Source: Fimbriimonadaceae bacterium (GTDB taxonomy: Bacteria > Armatimonadota > Fimbriimonadia > Fimbriimonadales > Fimbriimonadaceae). From it: a stretch of 64,000 nt of DNA. The stretch spans positions 10,381 through 74,380 of the forward strand of contig DASXZH010000075.1 in NCBI GenBank assembly GCA_036502005.1. The letters run 5' to 3'. Each line of letters starts with the position of its first letter. Position 1 is the first letter of the stretch. The notes beneath the pieces are model-generated. The model was not told where the DNA came from. It did not search any database and saw only the letters and a program-made list of their open reading frames with translations. Below are positions 1 to 9,817 of this stretch, one piece after another. The translations under genes were made by a program, and so were the position numbers.

Positions 1-73
1 GAAATACGCAGAAGCCAATGATCCAAGGGGAGGCGAACAGTAAGCCAATTCGGAGGTCTCGGCTTTTGCTCAC
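1..73 (-). CDS. carbohydrate ABC transporter permease, N-terminal fragment (gene runs off the window start)
   Basis: GTG at 73-71 overlaps the stop of the upstream binding-protein gene (GTGA). It reads VSKSRDLRIGLLFASPWIIGFCVF, the usual hydrophobic lead-in of MalF/MalG-type sugar permeases. Only 24 codons are visible. Confidence 0.45.
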   Translation of the reverse strand, partial: MSKSRDLRIGLLFASPWIIGFCVF

Positions 74-1395
74 TTCGCATCCCCTAGTATCTGTGTTCGA
101 TAGAGTTGCCATTGTCCTTCAAGCCGATTTTGGGCATCGTCCAGCGCCTGCTTAGCAGACTTCTGATCTGTGTTTATTTCCTGTGCGGCCACGCTGATCT
201 CGTTCCTGATCTGCGGGAAAATGCCAATCTGTGGGGCGGGGATCACATTGCTGGAACGGGCCATGTGGTCCAAATAACGAATCTCGCGATTCTGGTGAGT
301 TTTGAAAAAGTTTTCACTCACTTTTGCCAAGGCAGTGTTCTTCCCTTGAGCCGCGCATAGCCGCTCCATCACATCTTGCCTTTGGATGAATTTCACAAAC
401 TCAAACGCCTCCTTCGGGTGCTTTGTCCCCCGAGGAATGACCAAAACATCCTCATTAATAAAGGCGTGGTTTGCCAATTCTGGATGATCCTTAGGATACG
501 GAAATGGCACAACGAACCAAGGAAAAGTCTTGTGAGCCCCGTTGATGTATCCGGCTTTCCAAACGCCGTTGATCTCACAGGCGGTCTTCCCATCCAAAAA
601 AGGATCTTGCGGCGTCGCAAAAGCGCCGAATCCGCTTTGGAAACTGGCTATGGTTTGCGCTCCAAGGTTTTTTGGAAAAAGGGCCGTCCATTCAAATGCC
701 TTCAAATTCTCGGGCGAGTTTATAGTTAGCTTATCGCCTACGAAGAGCTTGCCCCCGAATAGGGGGCCCCAGGCCCACGGGTACCACCCAGGGCTTGCCG
801 GAAGAAATCCAGCCATTTTCAGCGTTCCGTTAGAGTTCTTAGTTGAAATCTTGAACATAAGGTCGTCGAAAGCTTCGATAGTCTTCGGGAAGGTTTCCTG
901 GGTGGCGTATTCCTTTGGGACCAAGTCCGCGCGGACATAGAGGCAAATAACGCTGGGGGTGCTTGGCAACGCCCAAAGCCTATCGTGATAGACAAGGCCA
1001 TCATAAAAGCTGGGAATGTAGTCACTTGCCTTAACATTGTTTTGGGCGGCCAGGTCCGTAAGGTCAGTCAGGGCTTTCGCGTCGGCGAACTGGGCCACCT
1101 GGTCTTGCCAAATCCCCGCGACATCGGGAGGGTTGCTGCCTGCGGCAGCAAGCAGCGTCTTTTTATCGATGTCGCTGATGCTGAGGTATTGAACGAAAAT
1201 GCGATTCTGCGAGGCATTGAAATCGTTAACGGCCCTCTGCATGGCTTCGCCTTCGGCACCCGTCCACTTTTCCCAATAGACAACCGTAACTTTTCCGCTC
1301 TCACCCTGTCTCGAAACAGCCATGTCGCCGTAGACCGCGGCGGCCACGACAACAGCCCCGACAGCGAGCAGCGAAAGACCCAGCTTCGTAGTCAT
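70..1395 (-). CDS. extracellular solute-binding protein (family 1 type) of a sugar ABC transporter
   Basis: 441-aa ORF with an N-terminal anchor/signal (MTTKLGLSLLAVGAVVVAAAV). Size and composition are typical of oligosaccharide-binding proteins. It lies between the GH42 gene and a permease start on the same strand. Confidence 0.8.
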   Translation of the reverse strand: MTTKLGLSLLAVGAVVVAAAVYGDMAVSRQGESGKVTVVYWEKWTGAEGEAMQRAVNDFNASQNRIFVQYLSISDIDKKTLLAAAGSNPPDVAGIWQDQVAQFADAKALTDLTDLAAQNNVKASDYIPSFYDGLVYHDRLWALPSTPSVICLYVRADLVPKEYATQETFPKTIEAFDDLMFKISTKNSNGTLKMAGFLPASPGWYPWAWGPLFGGKLFVGDKLTINSPENLKAFEWTALFPKNLGAQTIASFQSGFGAFATPQDPFLDGKTACEINGVWKAGYINGAHKTFPWFVVPFPYPKDHPELANHAFINEDVLVIPRGTKHPKEAFEFVKFIQRQDVMERLCAAQGKNTALAKVSENFFKTHQNREIRYLDHMARSSNVIPAPQIGIFPQIRNEISVAAQEINTDQKSAKQALDDAQNRLEGQWQLYRTQILGDAK

Positions 1396-1401
1396 CTATC
1401 C

Positions 1402-3432
1402 TTATGCTATCAGTTCTCTGGATTTAGTGAGGACTGCCGCGTTATAGGGAGCAATGCTGATGCTTCCCCACTTCTCGCTGGTTATTACTGTCGGCTCGGA
1501 AAGGGTGTTTAGCAAAAACAGCGTCTCGGAATCTTCGGCTTCCCTTTTCTTTGCCATCACGCCCATCGGAAGCTCGAAATCCACAACCGAAGAGACTCCC
1601 GCAGCTCTAGCCAACTTGGAAAGGAGCACATCCAGCAAGGCTGTCTCCGTGCGAGCGGCAAGATAATAAGCGACCCCGGCGCCAAATTTATTTCCTGTAA
1701 CAGCCGGGCTTCCGGCGTAAAACTCACCCCGGAACACTGCCAACGGCTCCGCCGTGGTGGGGTGGACGATTTCACAGAACTCGGTGGCCTGAAACTGTCC
1801 CGCAACACCTAGGGAGTTTTCTCCCAAGAAGTCCACCGAATTGGTTTGATCTTTATAGAGAGCATCTAATTCCTCGCTGGTGAGACCAAGGAGTTCCGAC
1901 CAAGGCGCCAAGAACCCTCCCTCAAAGACGAGGCTGTTTTCATCAACCCACCCCGAAAGGTAGGTGGTGAGAAAATGCCCGCCATTCTTTACAAACCGTT
2001 TGACTTCTTCGATAAAGGTTGGCCGAAGGCTATAAGCCATAGGCGCGACCACCAGCTTATATCGATCCAGAGAATCGTCTTGCCCGACGATGTCGACAGA
2101 AACTCCGGCCTTTATCAAGGCCCGATAAAAATCGGGAACAGTTTCCTCGTATTTCTTGTCCCCTTGGATCGGGCCGCAAGCGGCTTCCAGCGCCCAACGG
2201 TTCTCCCAATCGAAAAGCAGCGCCACCTCGGATTTCACCGTGCTACCGGCCAAGTTATTAAAGGTATCGAGCTCAATACCTACTTCGCAGACTTCATCGA
2301 AAATTCGTGTGTTTGAACCTGAATGGCTTACCACCGCCCCGTGAAACTGCTCTTGCCCGCCCCGGGACTGTCGCCACTGAAAGTATTGCAGCCCATCCGC
2401 GCCGTGAGCCAGAGCGTGAAGGCTCTCAAACCGGTGCATACCCGGCCTCTTGAGGGCCATTACGTCGTACCAGTTGGCAGAACTAGGCGTGTATTCCATC
2501 AGGAGCCACGGCTTATCCGGTTTAAGGGACCTCATCAGGTCATGGCGAAAACCAACCGTGATCCAAGTTTGAGGATCGGTAAGCGGCTTTTTGGGAGCCG
2601 GGTAACTGTCCCAAGAAATGAAGTCCAGGTGCTTGGCCATTTTCCGATAGTCGAGGCCTGGATAGGTGCCCATCATGTTGGTGGTGATAGGAACGTCTGG
2701 CGTTAGCTCGCGCAATGGCTCCGCTTCGCTCAGCATAAAGTCGATCGTCTGATCTGTTACGAAGCGCTTCCAATCGACTGTTAAACCCTGCACCGCGGTT
2801 TCGCCATAAGGCGTTCCAGGTGGATCGATCTCGTCCCAGCTTCCGTAGGTGTGACCCCAAAACGCGGTCCAATAAGCGTGGTTCAAGGCGCCAAGATCGT
2901 TGTTAAATTTGGATCGCAGCCATTCCCTGAACTGCTCGATGCTGTCCTGGCTGTAATCCTCGCCGTTGTATTCATTAGAAAGGTGCCAGGCCAAAAGCCG
3001 CGGATGGTTACCATATCGCTCGGCTAGCTTTCGGTTGATTTCCCGCGTTTTTTCTCGGTACAAAGCCGAGCCGATGTTGAAGTTGACCCTGTTTCCATGT
3101 CTCTGCCGCACACCATTAGGGCGCGTACGCAACGTCTCCGGATACTTGTTGGAAAACCACGCGGGAGGCGCCGCGCTCGGAGTCCCGAGGATGAACCACC
3201 GCTCCCCTTTCGTCAGCTTGTCAACAACTTCATCGAACCAGCCAAAGTCATAAACTCCCTCACTCGGTTCCAGCTTTGCCCATGCAAACATCCCCATCGT
3301 CGCCACCGTGAAACGGGATTTCTGCATCAAACGCACATCTTCATCCCAAATCTCCGGAGTCCACTGCTCAGGGCAATAATCTCCGCCGTGCCAAAGACTA
3401 GGAAATTTAGGGTTTATATATGATTTGCGCAT
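1402..3432 (-). CDS. glycoside hydrolase family 42 beta-galactosidase
   Basis: 676 aa. HGGDYCPEQW near the N-terminus, WHLSNEY (acid/base Glu context) and LLMEYTPS (nucleophile Glu context) are GH42 hallmarks. Confidence 0.9.
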   Translation of the reverse strand: MRKSYINPKFPSLWHGGDYCPEQWTPEIWDEDVRLMQKSRFTVATMGMFAWAKLEPSEGVYDFGWFDEVVDKLTKGERWFILGTPSAAPPAWFSNKYPETLRTRPNGVRQRHGNRVNFNIGSALYREKTREINRKLAERYGNHPRLLAWHLSNEYNGEDYSQDSIEQFREWLRSKFNNDLGALNHAYWTAFWGHTYGSWDEIDPPGTPYGETAVQGLTVDWKRFVTDQTIDFMLSEAEPLRELTPDVPITTNMMGTYPGLDYRKMAKHLDFISWDSYPAPKKPLTDPQTWITVGFRHDLMRSLKPDKPWLLMEYTPSSANWYDVMALKRPGMHRFESLHALAHGADGLQYFQWRQSRGGQEQFHGAVVSHSGSNTRIFDEVCEVGIELDTFNNLAGSTVKSEVALLFDWENRWALEAACGPIQGDKKYEETVPDFYRALIKAGVSVDIVGQDDSLDRYKLVVAPMAYSLRPTFIEEVKRFVKNGGHFLTTYLSGWVDENSLVFEGGFLAPWSELLGLTSEELDALYKDQTNSVDFLGENSLGVAGQFQATEFCEIVHPTTAEPLAVFRGEFYAGSPAVTGNKFGAGVAYYLAARTETALLDVLLSKLARAAGVSSVVDFELPMGVMAKKREAEDSETLFLLNTLSEPTVITSEKWGSISIAPYNAAVLTKSRELIA

Positions 3433-3437
3433 TGAAG

Positions 3438-4508
3438 TTAGTTTTTACCGCCGATGGTATCTACTGCGGGTAAAGCTTTGCCATCCTTATTGAAAGTTGC
3501 GAGAACATCCCAAGGGATTGACCTTTGTGGAGTTGAGATCCAAGTCGGCGCCCAGTAGAAAATTCCGCTCCCGTAACCGCCCGAATCTTGTTTGGTAATG
3601 TCGATGACCTGCTTCAGAAACTGCGATTGGCCCAAGGGAGTGGCTGGATATCCAGATTCAAGCTTTGAAAGAATTTCGGAAAAGTGGCCCGGAACATCGG
3701 CCGTCCACGGATAGGCCGTTTCCGCTATGTAGATTGGTTTCTTGTAACGCGGCCCAAGGTCGGCTAGGTTCGCTTTTAGCGCGCTAAGGTGGCCATGCCA
3801 AAAAGGATAATAGGATAGCCCGATCACGTCAAAATCGACTCCATATGGAGCAAGGTGATCGAACCACCAAACCGCGCCAGAGTTGTCGCCACCCCGCTCC
3901 AAATGGATCATCGTTAAGATGTGGTTTGCGCCTTGCCCATCATGAACGCCCTGGATTCCCGCCTTCAACAGAGTCGATAGCCGCTGCCATTCGTTCGGAT
4001 CGGCAGAGGTAATCTTTCCGTCGGGCCACAGCATGCCTGCTCCGATCTCGTTGCCAACCTGAACCATGTAAGGTGGCGTTCCATGGGCCACAAGTTTAGA
4101 AACGACTTCTTTTGTATAGTCGTGAACCGCTTTTGCCAAGTCCTCGAAGGAAAGATTCTTCCAAGCTGCCGGCTTGTACTGCTTGCCGGGGTCAGCCCAA
4201 TAATCCGAATAGTGAAAATCGATGCCAACCATTAGGCCGGCTGCCTTGGCCCTCTTGGCCATGGCAAGGGTATGGCTTTCGTCACAAAAGCCGTCTTTTG
4301 GGTTATTCCAGATTCGAAGCCTTATGTAGTTCCAACCCGCCTGTTTAAGCAGCTTCAGTGGATCTTCTTGTTGGCCCTTGTAGAAGTATTTGGCACCTGC
4401 CGCTTCCTCCTCCGGGATTTCAGAGACATCGCCTCCGCGTAAGAAAGGTCGTTGGCTAAAGCCAAGCTGCGCCGCGCAAATAACCAACAAAAAAAGAAGC
4501 CCTTTCAT
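3438..4508 (-). CDS. glycoside hydrolase family 53 arabinogalactan endo-beta-1,4-galactanase, secreted
   Basis: Start placed at ATG 4508 (MKGLLFLLVICAAQLGFSQ signal peptide). GGDVSE, NYIRLRIWNNP, VQVGNEI and YIAETAYPW match GH53. The longer 4604 start would overlap the upstream lipoprotein gene. Confidence 0.85.
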   Translation of the reverse strand: MKGLLFLLVICAAQLGFSQRPFLRGGDVSEIPEEEAAGAKYFYKGQQEDPLKLLKQAGWNYIRLRIWNNPKDGFCDESHTLAMAKRAKAAGLMVGIDFHYSDYWADPGKQYKPAAWKNLSFEDLAKAVHDYTKEVVSKLVAHGTPPYMVQVGNEIGAGMLWPDGKITSADPNEWQRLSTLLKAGIQGVHDGQGANHILTMIHLERGGDNSGAVWWFDHLAPYGVDFDVIGLSYYPFWHGHLSALKANLADLGPRYKKPIYIAETAYPWTADVPGHFSEILSKLESGYPATPLGQSQFLKQVIDITKQDSGGYGSGIFYWAPTWISTPQRSIPWDVLATFNKDGKALPAVDTIGGKN

Positions 4509-4522
4509 AAAAGAATAAAAGC

Positions 4523-4753
4523 CTACTTCGCTCCCGCTTTCGCTTTGGCGTCCTCGATCATCTTCTCCTTCTGAGTTGGGGTCATTGGGCTCGAGTTGAT
4601 CCATTTGATCTTGTCGTCCAGGCTCATGCTATCAAGCTTTTTTTGATACTCGGCAGGCGATGGCCCGGCCGGCGCATCACCGATGCCAGAGCATCCAACA
4701 GCGCTGTATCCCAATGCACAAAGCGCCCCAACAGTTAAAAATGTTTTTCGCAT
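4523..4753 (-). CDS. small lipoprotein, unknown function
   Basis: ATG 4753 gives MRKTFLTVGALCALGYSAVGC with a lipobox-like AVGC. 76 aa with a Lys/Glu-rich tail. It is the first gene after a terminator hairpin. Confidence 0.45.
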   Translation of the reverse strand: MRKTFLTVGALCALGYSAVGCSGIGDAPAGPSPAEYQKKLDSMSLDDKIKWINSSPMTPTQKEKMIEDAKAKAGAK

Positions 4754-4760
4754 ATTTTTG

Positions 4761-4800
4761 TAAAAAGGCAAGGTGGCTCGCATAACGCGAAGCCACCTTG
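4761..4800 (-). terminator. intrinsic terminator candidate after the pseudopilin-like gene
   Basis: Perfect 10-bp stem CAAGGTGGCT/AGCCACCTTG (4769-4778 / 4791-4800) with a 12-nt loop, followed on the minus strand by CCTTTTTAC. Confidence 0.55.
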
Positions 4801-4810
4801 CAAGGCGAAG

Positions 4811-5712
4811 CTATTGCTGGAAAGGAGGGCTTGCCTGATTCGTGCCCCAAAGCGGGTACATGGTTCCGCTCTTGGGATTTGAACCATCGTAGGGCCACAG
4901 GTTCCAAGCTGCTTCGTAACCGTAGGGTTCGAGCTGCGTGTTTGCGTAGCTGTGTGCATGAGAATCGCAGAAGGCTACGTTAGTGGTTCCGTTGTGAAGG
5001 CCGGTGTAAGCCGAGCCCCAGAACGTCGAACCGGGCCAGATGGAGTTATCAAGCGGGAAGTCCGTAATGAGAACCGCTTTCGCGGGAGAGATGATGCCAA
5101 CCGTCTCGCCGGCGGTTGGGAATCCGCCTCCGATATAGCCGGTCGATCCCACGGGAGCGTCTCCGGTATCCAGGTTTGCGCCCGCAATCGATCCTACTCC
5201 CGAAGAACTCGTACAGCCAGGGTTCCAACTCGATAGAACGGGATTGGGCAGGTAGTCCATTGGAGGATAGATATCGCTGAAATAGTTGTCGAGCCCTGAA
5301 TCGTAGGCAGTGCCGTAAATCGAAGTGCCTAGTCCGATGCAAGGGTCGCTCGGCGGGATCATCCAATAGTTGCCCGCGCCCCCGCGTCCTGCTCTACGTG
5401 CTGGGTTGTTCCCTGCGGATATGGGCTTGATGGGCATTTGAAAATGCCGCGACTCTTAACGTACGGCATCAAATAGGCCGCGAATAGATACCCGTGATAT
5501 CCGTTAGAGGCTGGGATCCAGTTATCGTAATCGTTAGCATACAGATAAACCGCGGTGCCGATCTGCTTGAGATTGGATAGACAAGAAGTTTTCTTTGCGG
5601 CGGCCTTTGCCTGGGCAAAAACCGGGAAGAGAATGGCCGCTAAAATCGCGATGATCGCGATTACGACGAGAAGTTCAATAAGCGTAAATGCGCTTTTTTT
5701 CTTTGGTTGCAT
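4811..5712 (-). pseudogene. prepilin-type N-terminal cleavage/methylation domain protein with H-X9-D(G/S)-type C-terminus; frame broken once
   Basis: ATG 5712 gives [36 protein letters not shown] (pseudopilin helix). That frame stops at 5359. A second frame, open from about 5456 to 4811, carries the remainder including HNGTTNVAFCDSHA. The overlap contains a C5 run (5379-5383). This could be an assembly indel. Confidence 0.7.
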
Positions 5713-5770
5713 TTTTGAATGACTCCGTTGTGACTGATTGCTTCGGTGCAAATGAATAGATATGAAATCA

Positions 5771-6793
5771 CTAGACCCTCGGAGAGCCAGAAGATTCGCG
5801 GATGACGAGTGAGACTGGAAGAACCGGGTGGGTATCCACAATATAGGCGCCCTCCAGGATCGAAATTAGTAAATCGGCAGCACGGCGGCCAAGGTCCGCA
5901 ACACCCATATGAATGCTGCAGAGAGTAGGTTGGACGACGGTGGAATACCAAGTGTCGTCGTAGCCTACAATGGCCACATCTTTTGGTGATTCGAGACCGC
6001 ATTCGCGGATCGCGTCAAGCGCTCCGTGAGCAGAAAGGTCGTTGGCCGCGAATATTGCGGTGGGCCGCTCACCTTCGGGGAGGGCCATCAATTTTAGGGT
6101 GGACTCTCTTCCGGTATTTCGATTGAAGTCGCCCGGCACCGATAATGCGGAGGAACCCGCGGCGGACATTGCGTCCTTGTATCCTTGCTCTCTCGGAAGA
6201 GTGGTTGAAACGCCAAACCGGCCGTGTAGATGTGCGATCTTAACGTGGCCAAGCTTTAAAAGGTGATTTGTTGCAAGTTTCCCACCTTCGTAGTCGTCCG
6301 ACTTTATGTGGGGCCCGGTGGCGGTATCGTCTCCCAGAATCGTCGCCACCGGAATGCCTTGCCTCTCGCATTCTTCGTAAATGGGTGAGCTGCTGGGAGG
6401 GCTCACAAGCACCAAGCCATCGATTCGCTTATCAATCATGCGGGCCGCACGAAGGCCCTGGTTCTCAGCGGTGGCCGTGTAGAGCATCACGTTGTATCCA
6501 CGAGCGGATGCCGCGCCCGTGATGCCATTAGCCACGAGAGTGTAAAACGGGTCGTGATCGGAATAGCCTTCAACACTTGGAAGCATGAACCCGATAACGT
6601 GGGTCCTTCCGGTAGCCAAGCTTCCCGCCAATGGGTTTCGGCGATACCCAAGTTCTTCAGCCGCTTGGAGGATTTTTTCTCGTGTGGCAGGACTCACGCC
6701 GAGGGTTTTGCTCTTTGCGCCATTAAGGGTCACGGAAACGGCGGCAATCGACGTCCCTGCCCTATTTGCAATGTCCAGCATCTTTGCACCCAT
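5771..6793 (-). CDS. LacI family transcriptional regulator
   Basis: N-terminal [24 protein letters not shown] followed by a periplasmic-binding-protein-like sugar-binding fold. 340 aa. Confidence 0.9.
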   Translation of the reverse strand: MGAKMLDIANRAGTSIAAVSVTLNGAKSKTLGVSPATREKILQAAEELGYRRNPLAGSLATGRTHVIGFMLPSVEGYSDHDPFYTLVANGITGAASARGYNVMLYTATAENQGLRAARMIDKRIDGLVLVSPPSSSPIYEECERQGIPVATILGDDTATGPHIKSDDYEGGKLATNHLLKLGHVKIAHLHGRFGVSTTLPREQGYKDAMSAAGSSALSVPGDFNRNTGRESTLKLMALPEGERPTAIFAANDLSAHGALDAIRECGLESPKDVAIVGYDDTWYSTVVQPTLCSIHMGVADLGRRAADLLISILEGAYIVDTHPVLPVSLVIRESSGSPRV

Positions 6794-6833
6794 TGTCGTT
6801 ATCCCACACCTTGAGTAAATCGTTTAATTTTTA

Positions 6834-6851
6834 ATATTAAACGTTTAATAT
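6834..6851. promoter_or_regulatory. 18-bp perfect palindrome, candidate LacI-family operator
   Basis: ATATTAAACGTTTAATAT is self-complementary, with the AAACGTTT centre typical of LacI/GalR operators. It lies about 40 nt upstream of the LacI-family start. A degenerate copy TAAATCGTTTAA is at 6816-6827. Confidence 0.5.
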
Positions 6852-7100
6852 AAGCTGCTGATATTATTATACAACTGGCTAGCCAAATTGCCAAATTGTT
6901 TTTCCCAATAGGGGCGAGCTTTGCGTCTTTGCGTGAAATTCAAACCGTCAGTTGACCGAGAGGGCTGTTTCACTCTCAATGTTCGAATCAAAGCGGCTAT
7001 AAAAACTCGCATGCGGCACAAAGTTTGCGTGCTTGTCGTCCAATAATCATAACGTGCTGTAAGATAGATATTAGGTACAGCATTTTATTGGGAAACTAGC

Positions 7101-7976
7101 ATGGATTACCAAGCATGGTTGAAAGTCTTCAGCGTTGAGCTTTCTCACCAAAAGCCCGGCGTGGCTATTGATGATCTCGATCCCCTATATCTTCAAACTC
7201 TCTACCAAAAGGGCGTTGGCCCGGTTCAGGCTGTAAACAAAGCGCTTGTTCTTCGTGGGTACAGAGTCGAGGGAGACAACGGCTTCTTTGCCAAGGTTAG
7301 ATGGCATTATTTGATTCCCGCTGCCGCTTTACTCCTCGTCGGTTTCGTGGTAATGCAGTCTAAAAAGTCGATTAGTGATCAAGAAATTGTTACACCATCG
7401 GTTATTCACACTTATTCCGCGCCAAAAACTCAAGGAGATTTTTTCGCACTTGGCGATATTTCCTACTGGACGCCTGGCTCCAGCAACTTTAGGCAGGCGA
7501 CCGGTAGACCCTCCCGTAATCACGACCAGATTCCGATTCGCGTGGCTAACCAGATAAGCGACGAACCCGCCTTGGACAACCAGCCGATTGGACCAGGTGG
7601 AGACAGTTCTGTCAGTTCAGCCGCTTCAGGGGCAGTGTCCGTTTCGCTGGATATTCCCGCCACAAAATCGGCCACCATCTCTCGAAATGGGGGCGGTGGT
7701 TCGAACGCAGCAACGGCCAACCCCGACCTTCAGTCATTCCAAGTCAACGTCACCGGGCAGGATTACCAAGGCTATAGCGGCGAGGTGACCTGGAACGTTA
7801 CAAACGGTCAAAGCGTGCAGCTTTATCTTAACGGGCAAGCAATTTCGGGTGCCACAACGCTCGTCGGCAACCTTCCCTTCTCCGGCCTTCAGGAGGGGGC
7901 GATCTTTAACCTTCGGGTGATCAATAACGGAAAGGTCGCCGAGCAAACTGGAATGGTCGAACCGGCCAACCAGTAG
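7101..7976 (+). CDS. hypothetical membrane-anchored protein
   Basis: 291 aa. One TM helix (IPAAALLLVGFVVM) after an ~80-aa head, then a Ser/Gly-rich linker and a beta-rich C-terminal module. No motif recognised. Confidence 0.5.
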   Translation: MDYQAWLKVFSVELSHQKPGVAIDDLDPLYLQTLYQKGVGPVQAVNKALVLRGYRVEGDNGFFAKVRWHYLIPAAALLLVGFVVMQSKKSISDQEIVTPSVIHTYSAPKTQGDFFALGDISYWTPGSSNFRQATGRPSRNHDQIPIRVANQISDEPALDNQPIGPGGDSSVSSAASGAVSVSLDIPATKSATISRNGGGGSNAATANPDLQSFQVNVTGQDYQGYSGEVTWNVTNGQSVQLYLNGQAISGATTLVGNLPFSGLQEGAIFNLRVINNGKVAEQTGMVEPANQ

Positions 7977-8037
7977 AAGCATAAAGAGCGCAAAATTGTG
8001 AACCGCGCACTGTGCGCCGTTCCGTCCATACTTTGCT

Positions 8038-9813
8038 ATGGCAGCGCCAATTGAACATATTGTGAGATGGACGGCTGCGCCCCGTAAAAAAGAAAAGGAG
8101 CAAGCGCTTGAGGATGCTCTCGGCGTTCCTTCCCTAGTCGCCTCGGTCCTAGTGAATCGTGGCTACGATACACCCGAAACTGCCCACGAATTCCTGAACC
8201 CATCTTTAGACAGCCTCGGCGATCCAGAAAAGCTGCCCGACTACATCGCAGCACGAAACGAGATTCTTAAAGCACGCGACAACGGCGACCTCATCTATGT
8301 CCATGGCGACTACGACGTGGATGGCGTTACCAGCGCGGCCCTCCTAACTCGGTTCTTGCAGAGTATTAAATGCAAGGTAAAGGTGCACGTTCCTCACCGA
8401 ATGAAGGAAGGCTACGGCATCCATTTGATGGCGGTACAAGAAGCCAAGGACGCCGGAGCAAAGCTTTTCCTCACTTGCGACTGCGGTGTAAGCGCGCACG
8501 AGCAGGTGCAAGCAGCAAAAGATGCGGGAATGCGCGTGGTCGTAACCGACCACCATACGATTGGCGAAACCTTACCCGAAGCCCACGCCATGGTTAATCC
8601 CCATCGGGAGGGCTCGGAATATCCGTTCCAAGAGCTTTCGGGAGTTGGCGTTGCCTTCCGGTTATGTGAAGGTTTAACGACTGAACTTGGATTTAAGAAA
8701 GAAAACTACCGTCGGGCCTTTTTAGACTTGGCCGTGCTGGGCACGGTGGCAGACGTGATGCCGCTTGTCGGCGAGAACCGAATCATCACTCGCCACGGCT
8801 TAGGTTGTTTGCTCGAGTCTCGAAAGGAAGGCATTAAAGCTCTCCTACGCGAAAGTGGGATGCTGGAAGAAAATCGAGGACCCCTTAAAGCCCGCGATAT
8901 CGGGTACATTCTCGGGCCACGCTTGAACGCTGCAGGCCGCACCGATGACGCCGCACGGTCACTCAACTTGCTTTTGACTGGCAGCAATGAGGACGCCAAG
9001 AAGATGGCAGAAACGATCGAGGTCATCAACAAAAACCGGCGCGAAAAGCAAAATGAGATTGTTGAAGAAGCAGTGAAGCGTGTCATGGCGGAAGGGCTGC
9101 ACGAAGGTGCCACGATCGTGATCGGCGAGAACAACTGGCATCCGGGCATTATCGGGTTGGTCGCCGGACGCTTGGTTGAGAAGTTTCGAAGACCTGCCTT
9201 CGTGCTTTCGATCGATCCTGTTTCGGGCGAAGCCCGCGGCTCTGCCCGATCGATTCCTGGCTTCCATTTGGCCGACGCGATCCGCGCCCATCCAGATTTA
9301 GTAGTTGGCGGAGGACACGCGATGGCGGCGGGTTTCTCGACCTCCGCCGCCCAGATCCCGGAAGTCGCAAAGGCATTTGAGCTTTATGCTTCTACTCGTC
9401 TTTGCGCAAAGGATTTTGAGTTATCGCTTTGCGTGGAAGCGGAAGTCGAGCCAAACGAGGTCACTTTCGCAACCGTGAGCGCCTTAGAAGCCATTGAACC
9501 CTACGGAAACGCCAACGAAGAGCCCATGTTTGCTATTGGCGGTGTAAGCGTCGCCCGAGTTGAACAAACCAAGAGCCCCGACCATCCCCGCCTGGTGATT
9601 CGACCTTCGGACGGGACGGGCCACGTCGTAAAAGGAATGGCTTTTGGGCAAGGCAGCAAAGTGGCTCGATATGAGGAAGGGTTCGAGGCGCAGATGCTTA
9701 TTGTTCCCAAGATCGAGGAATGGCGCGGCGTGCGATCCATGAAGTGGGAGATCAAGCATTTTGAAGCCGGCCCGAATGCGATTTTGAAGGAAGAAAAACT
9801 GCTTCCAGCTTAA
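8038..9813 (+). CDS. recJ: single-stranded-DNA-specific exonuclease RecJ
   Basis: DHH-family motifs VHGDYDVDGVTS, VVVTDHH and GGGHAMAAG in the RecJ order. 591 aa. Confidence 0.9.
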   Translation: MAAPIEHIVRWTAAPRKKEKEQALEDALGVPSLVASVLVNRGYDTPETAHEFLNPSLDSLGDPEKLPDYIAARNEILKARDNGDLIYVHGDYDVDGVTSAALLTRFLQSIKCKVKVHVPHRMKEGYGIHLMAVQEAKDAGAKLFLTCDCGVSAHEQVQAAKDAGMRVVVTDHHTIGETLPEAHAMVNPHREGSEYPFQELSGVGVAFRLCEGLTTELGFKKENYRRAFLDLAVLGTVADVMPLVGENRIITRHGLGCLLESRKEGIKALLRESGMLEENRGPLKARDIGYILGPRLNAAGRTDDAARSLNLLLTGSNEDAKKMAETIEVINKNRREKQNEIVEEAVKRVMAEGLHEGATIVIGENNWHPGIIGLVAGRLVEKFRRPAFVLSIDPVSGEARGSARSIPGFHLADAIRAHPDLVVGGGHAMAAGFSTSAAQIPEVAKAFELYASTRLCAKDFELSLCVEAEVEPNEVTFATVSALEAIEPYGNANEEPMFAIGGVSVARVEQTKSPDHPRLVIRPSDGTGHVVKGMAFGQGSKVARYEEGFEAQMLIVPKIEEWRGVRSMKWEIKHFEAGPNAILKEEKLLPA

Positions 9814-9817
9814 CTAA

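Noticed and set aside
3438-4604. Using the longest ORF start (4604) for the GH53 gene
   Set aside because: The extra 32 residues are acidic and non-signal-like and overlap the upstream lipoprotein gene. ATG 4508 gives a normal signal peptide.
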